Notes under the pieces: generated by a model
Database searches by the model: none
What the model was told of the DNA's origin: nothing
What the model saw: only the letters and a program-made list of their open reading frames with translations
Assembly (NCBI GenBank): GCA_038523235.1
Contig: JBCBJQ010000020.1
Coordinates: forward strand, 1 to 64,000
Direction of reading: 5' to 3'
Source: Cyanobacteria bacterium J06626_4
GTDB taxonomy: Bacteria > Cyanobacteriota > Cyanobacteriia > Phormidesmidales > Phormidesmidaceae
DNA length: 64,000 nucleotides
Translations under genes and position numbers: made by a program
Part shown: positions 62,686 through 64,000 of the stretch, piece after piece
Layout of the letters: the number at the start of each line of letters is the position of its first letter
Position numbering within the stretch: the first letter of the stretch is position 1

Positions 62686-63708
62686 TTACGACCAGCGGCG
62701 AAAGAAGCTCGCCTCTTGCCAGATTTGTGCGGTGCGCTGCTCGATCGCGGTCAACTGCTCCCCCGACAATATCTGAAACGCTCGGGCCGCATTCAAATTT
62801 TCCGTCAACTGCTCAGGGGTATCGGCTGCCACAATGCAGCAATGTACCTGGGGTTGTGACAGCGCGTAGCCCAGCGCCTCTGACATGCCTGACAAGATAC
62901 CAGGTTGGAACAAGCGACCATAGGCGGGCACTTTCATACCGATAATGCCGGTGTTGTGCCGTTGGGCCACAGGCAACACATGGTCAATAAACGGTCGTGC
63001 CGTGTGGCGATCAGCCGCGTTGATGGGGATAAGGGCCGTATCAAACGGATAACGATTCAGCGCTTTGACAAAAATGTCGGGATTGTTGTGGCCCGTGACG
63101 CCGATCGCACGAATGATACCCTGTTCTTTCGCCTCTTCCGCCGCTTTAATAGCGCCTTGTCCCTCATCCAGCAGCGTATCCACATCCCAATCGTAGGTGA
63201 TGGCATGAAACTGCCACAGGTCAAGGTAATCAGTTTGTAGTCGTTGCAGCGATCGCTCCAGTTCACGCCAGGCACTATCGCGATCGCGGCGGCTGGTTTT
63301 AGTACCAATCATGACCTCGGAGCGCACCGCTGGAAGGACTCGGCCCAAGCATTCTTCACTCGGCCCATAGTTGGCAGCCGTATCAAAATAACGAATGCCG
63401 CCAGCATAGGCCTGCTCAATCAGGGCGATCGCCTCAGCTTCTTGACCAGGGCGAGACAAAGGAGACGCCGAACCGCCCAACCCCAGCACCGGCATCGTGA
63501 GCTGCGATCGCCCCAAGACCCGTGTTGGCATCGACACCGAGAACTCTTCAACCGTTGCCGGACTGGCGGCTAATGGATGATCGACGGCGGGCGCTGTCGA
63601 TTGGGGTGGCGCTTCCTGGCGGCTGCAGGCGCCACCGCTGATGACACCGCTAGCAACAGCGACCCCGCCATAGAGAAATTGGCGACGGGTTGGGTTCAAT
63701 CTCGGCAT
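62686..63708 (-). CDS. Tat-exported aldo/keto reductase
   Basis: TRRQFL twin-Arg signal; GIRYFDTAANYG, SLQRLQTDYLDL and IGVTGH. Confidence 0.9.
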   Translation of the reverse strand: MPRLNPTRRQFLYGGVAVASGVISGGACSRQEAPPQSTAPAVDHPLAASPATVEEFSVSMPTRVLGRSQLTMPVLGLGGSASPLSRPGQEAEAIALIEQAYAGGIRYFDTAANYGPSEECLGRVLPAVRSEVMIGTKTSRRDRDSAWRELERSLQRLQTDYLDLWQFHAITYDWDVDTLLDEGQGAIKAAEEAKEQGIIRAIGVTGHNNPDIFVKALNRYPFDTALIPINAADRHTARPFIDHVLPVAQRHNTGIIGMKVPAYGRLFQPGILSGMSEALGYALSQPQVHCCIVAADTPEQLTENLNAARAFQILSGEQLTAIEQRTAQIWQEASFFRRWS

Positions 63709-64000
63709 CAGGGTTAACCTTTGCTGACAGAAAAACGCTCACAGTCATATCCTGACAAAAACTGCCGGTAGCGTGAGCCCCTCGCCAATTTTGTTAACGG
63801 TGATCGCAGCCGTATGCCACTCCCTTACATACATTTCCGGGATATTATCCTTAATTACGGATAGTGCTGAATTACATATAGTGCTGAGACCCGATTGCAC
63901 AGCGTTTACTTCACTGAAGTCGGATGAATTAGAGGAGATGTGAGAGATCGCCACATTCCACTATCTCCCACTGACCTCTGAGCAAATCGGCACTCAATGG

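Noticed and set aside
63745..64000. ORF at the window end
   Set aside because: The listed frame is closed upstream; another frame might be a gene's last 23 codons but is too short to call

Overview
Cyanobacterial chromosomal window. The evidence is dense HIP1 GCGATCGC octamers plus ndhS, cpcT, sbtAB and lysA-cdaA-uppS. Two hetR genes with no nif or heterocyst structural genes in view suggest a filamentous, probably non-heterocystous strain (inference). Most genes are housekeeping: pgsA, secG, gpmI, tlyA, futB, rimI, clpC, pcrA and tRNA-fMet. The most notable content is a possible double HetR circuit. (1) An FAD oxidoreductase-patX-hetR locus at 46.9-50.5 kb, where PatX is a signal-peptide protein carrying FOUR RG(S/T)GR motifs. 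(2) A divergent hetR paralog at 14.7-15.6 kb with an altered peptide-binding motif, directly upstream of a V4R/phycobiliprotein-like-globin/Ser-Thr kinase cluster resembling Synechocystis slr0144-slr0152 but lacking ferredoxins. Also seen: an unlisted 35-aa membrane ORF, a TonB-like Pro-rich protein before futB, several MITE-like elements, an IS4-like stub, an LRR pseudogene, and a small accessory patch next to pcrA (MazF-type TA pair, frameshifted AT-rich gene, DUF6883/DUF4926-like pair). All family calls and reference residue numbers come from motif recognition and memory; no searches were run.
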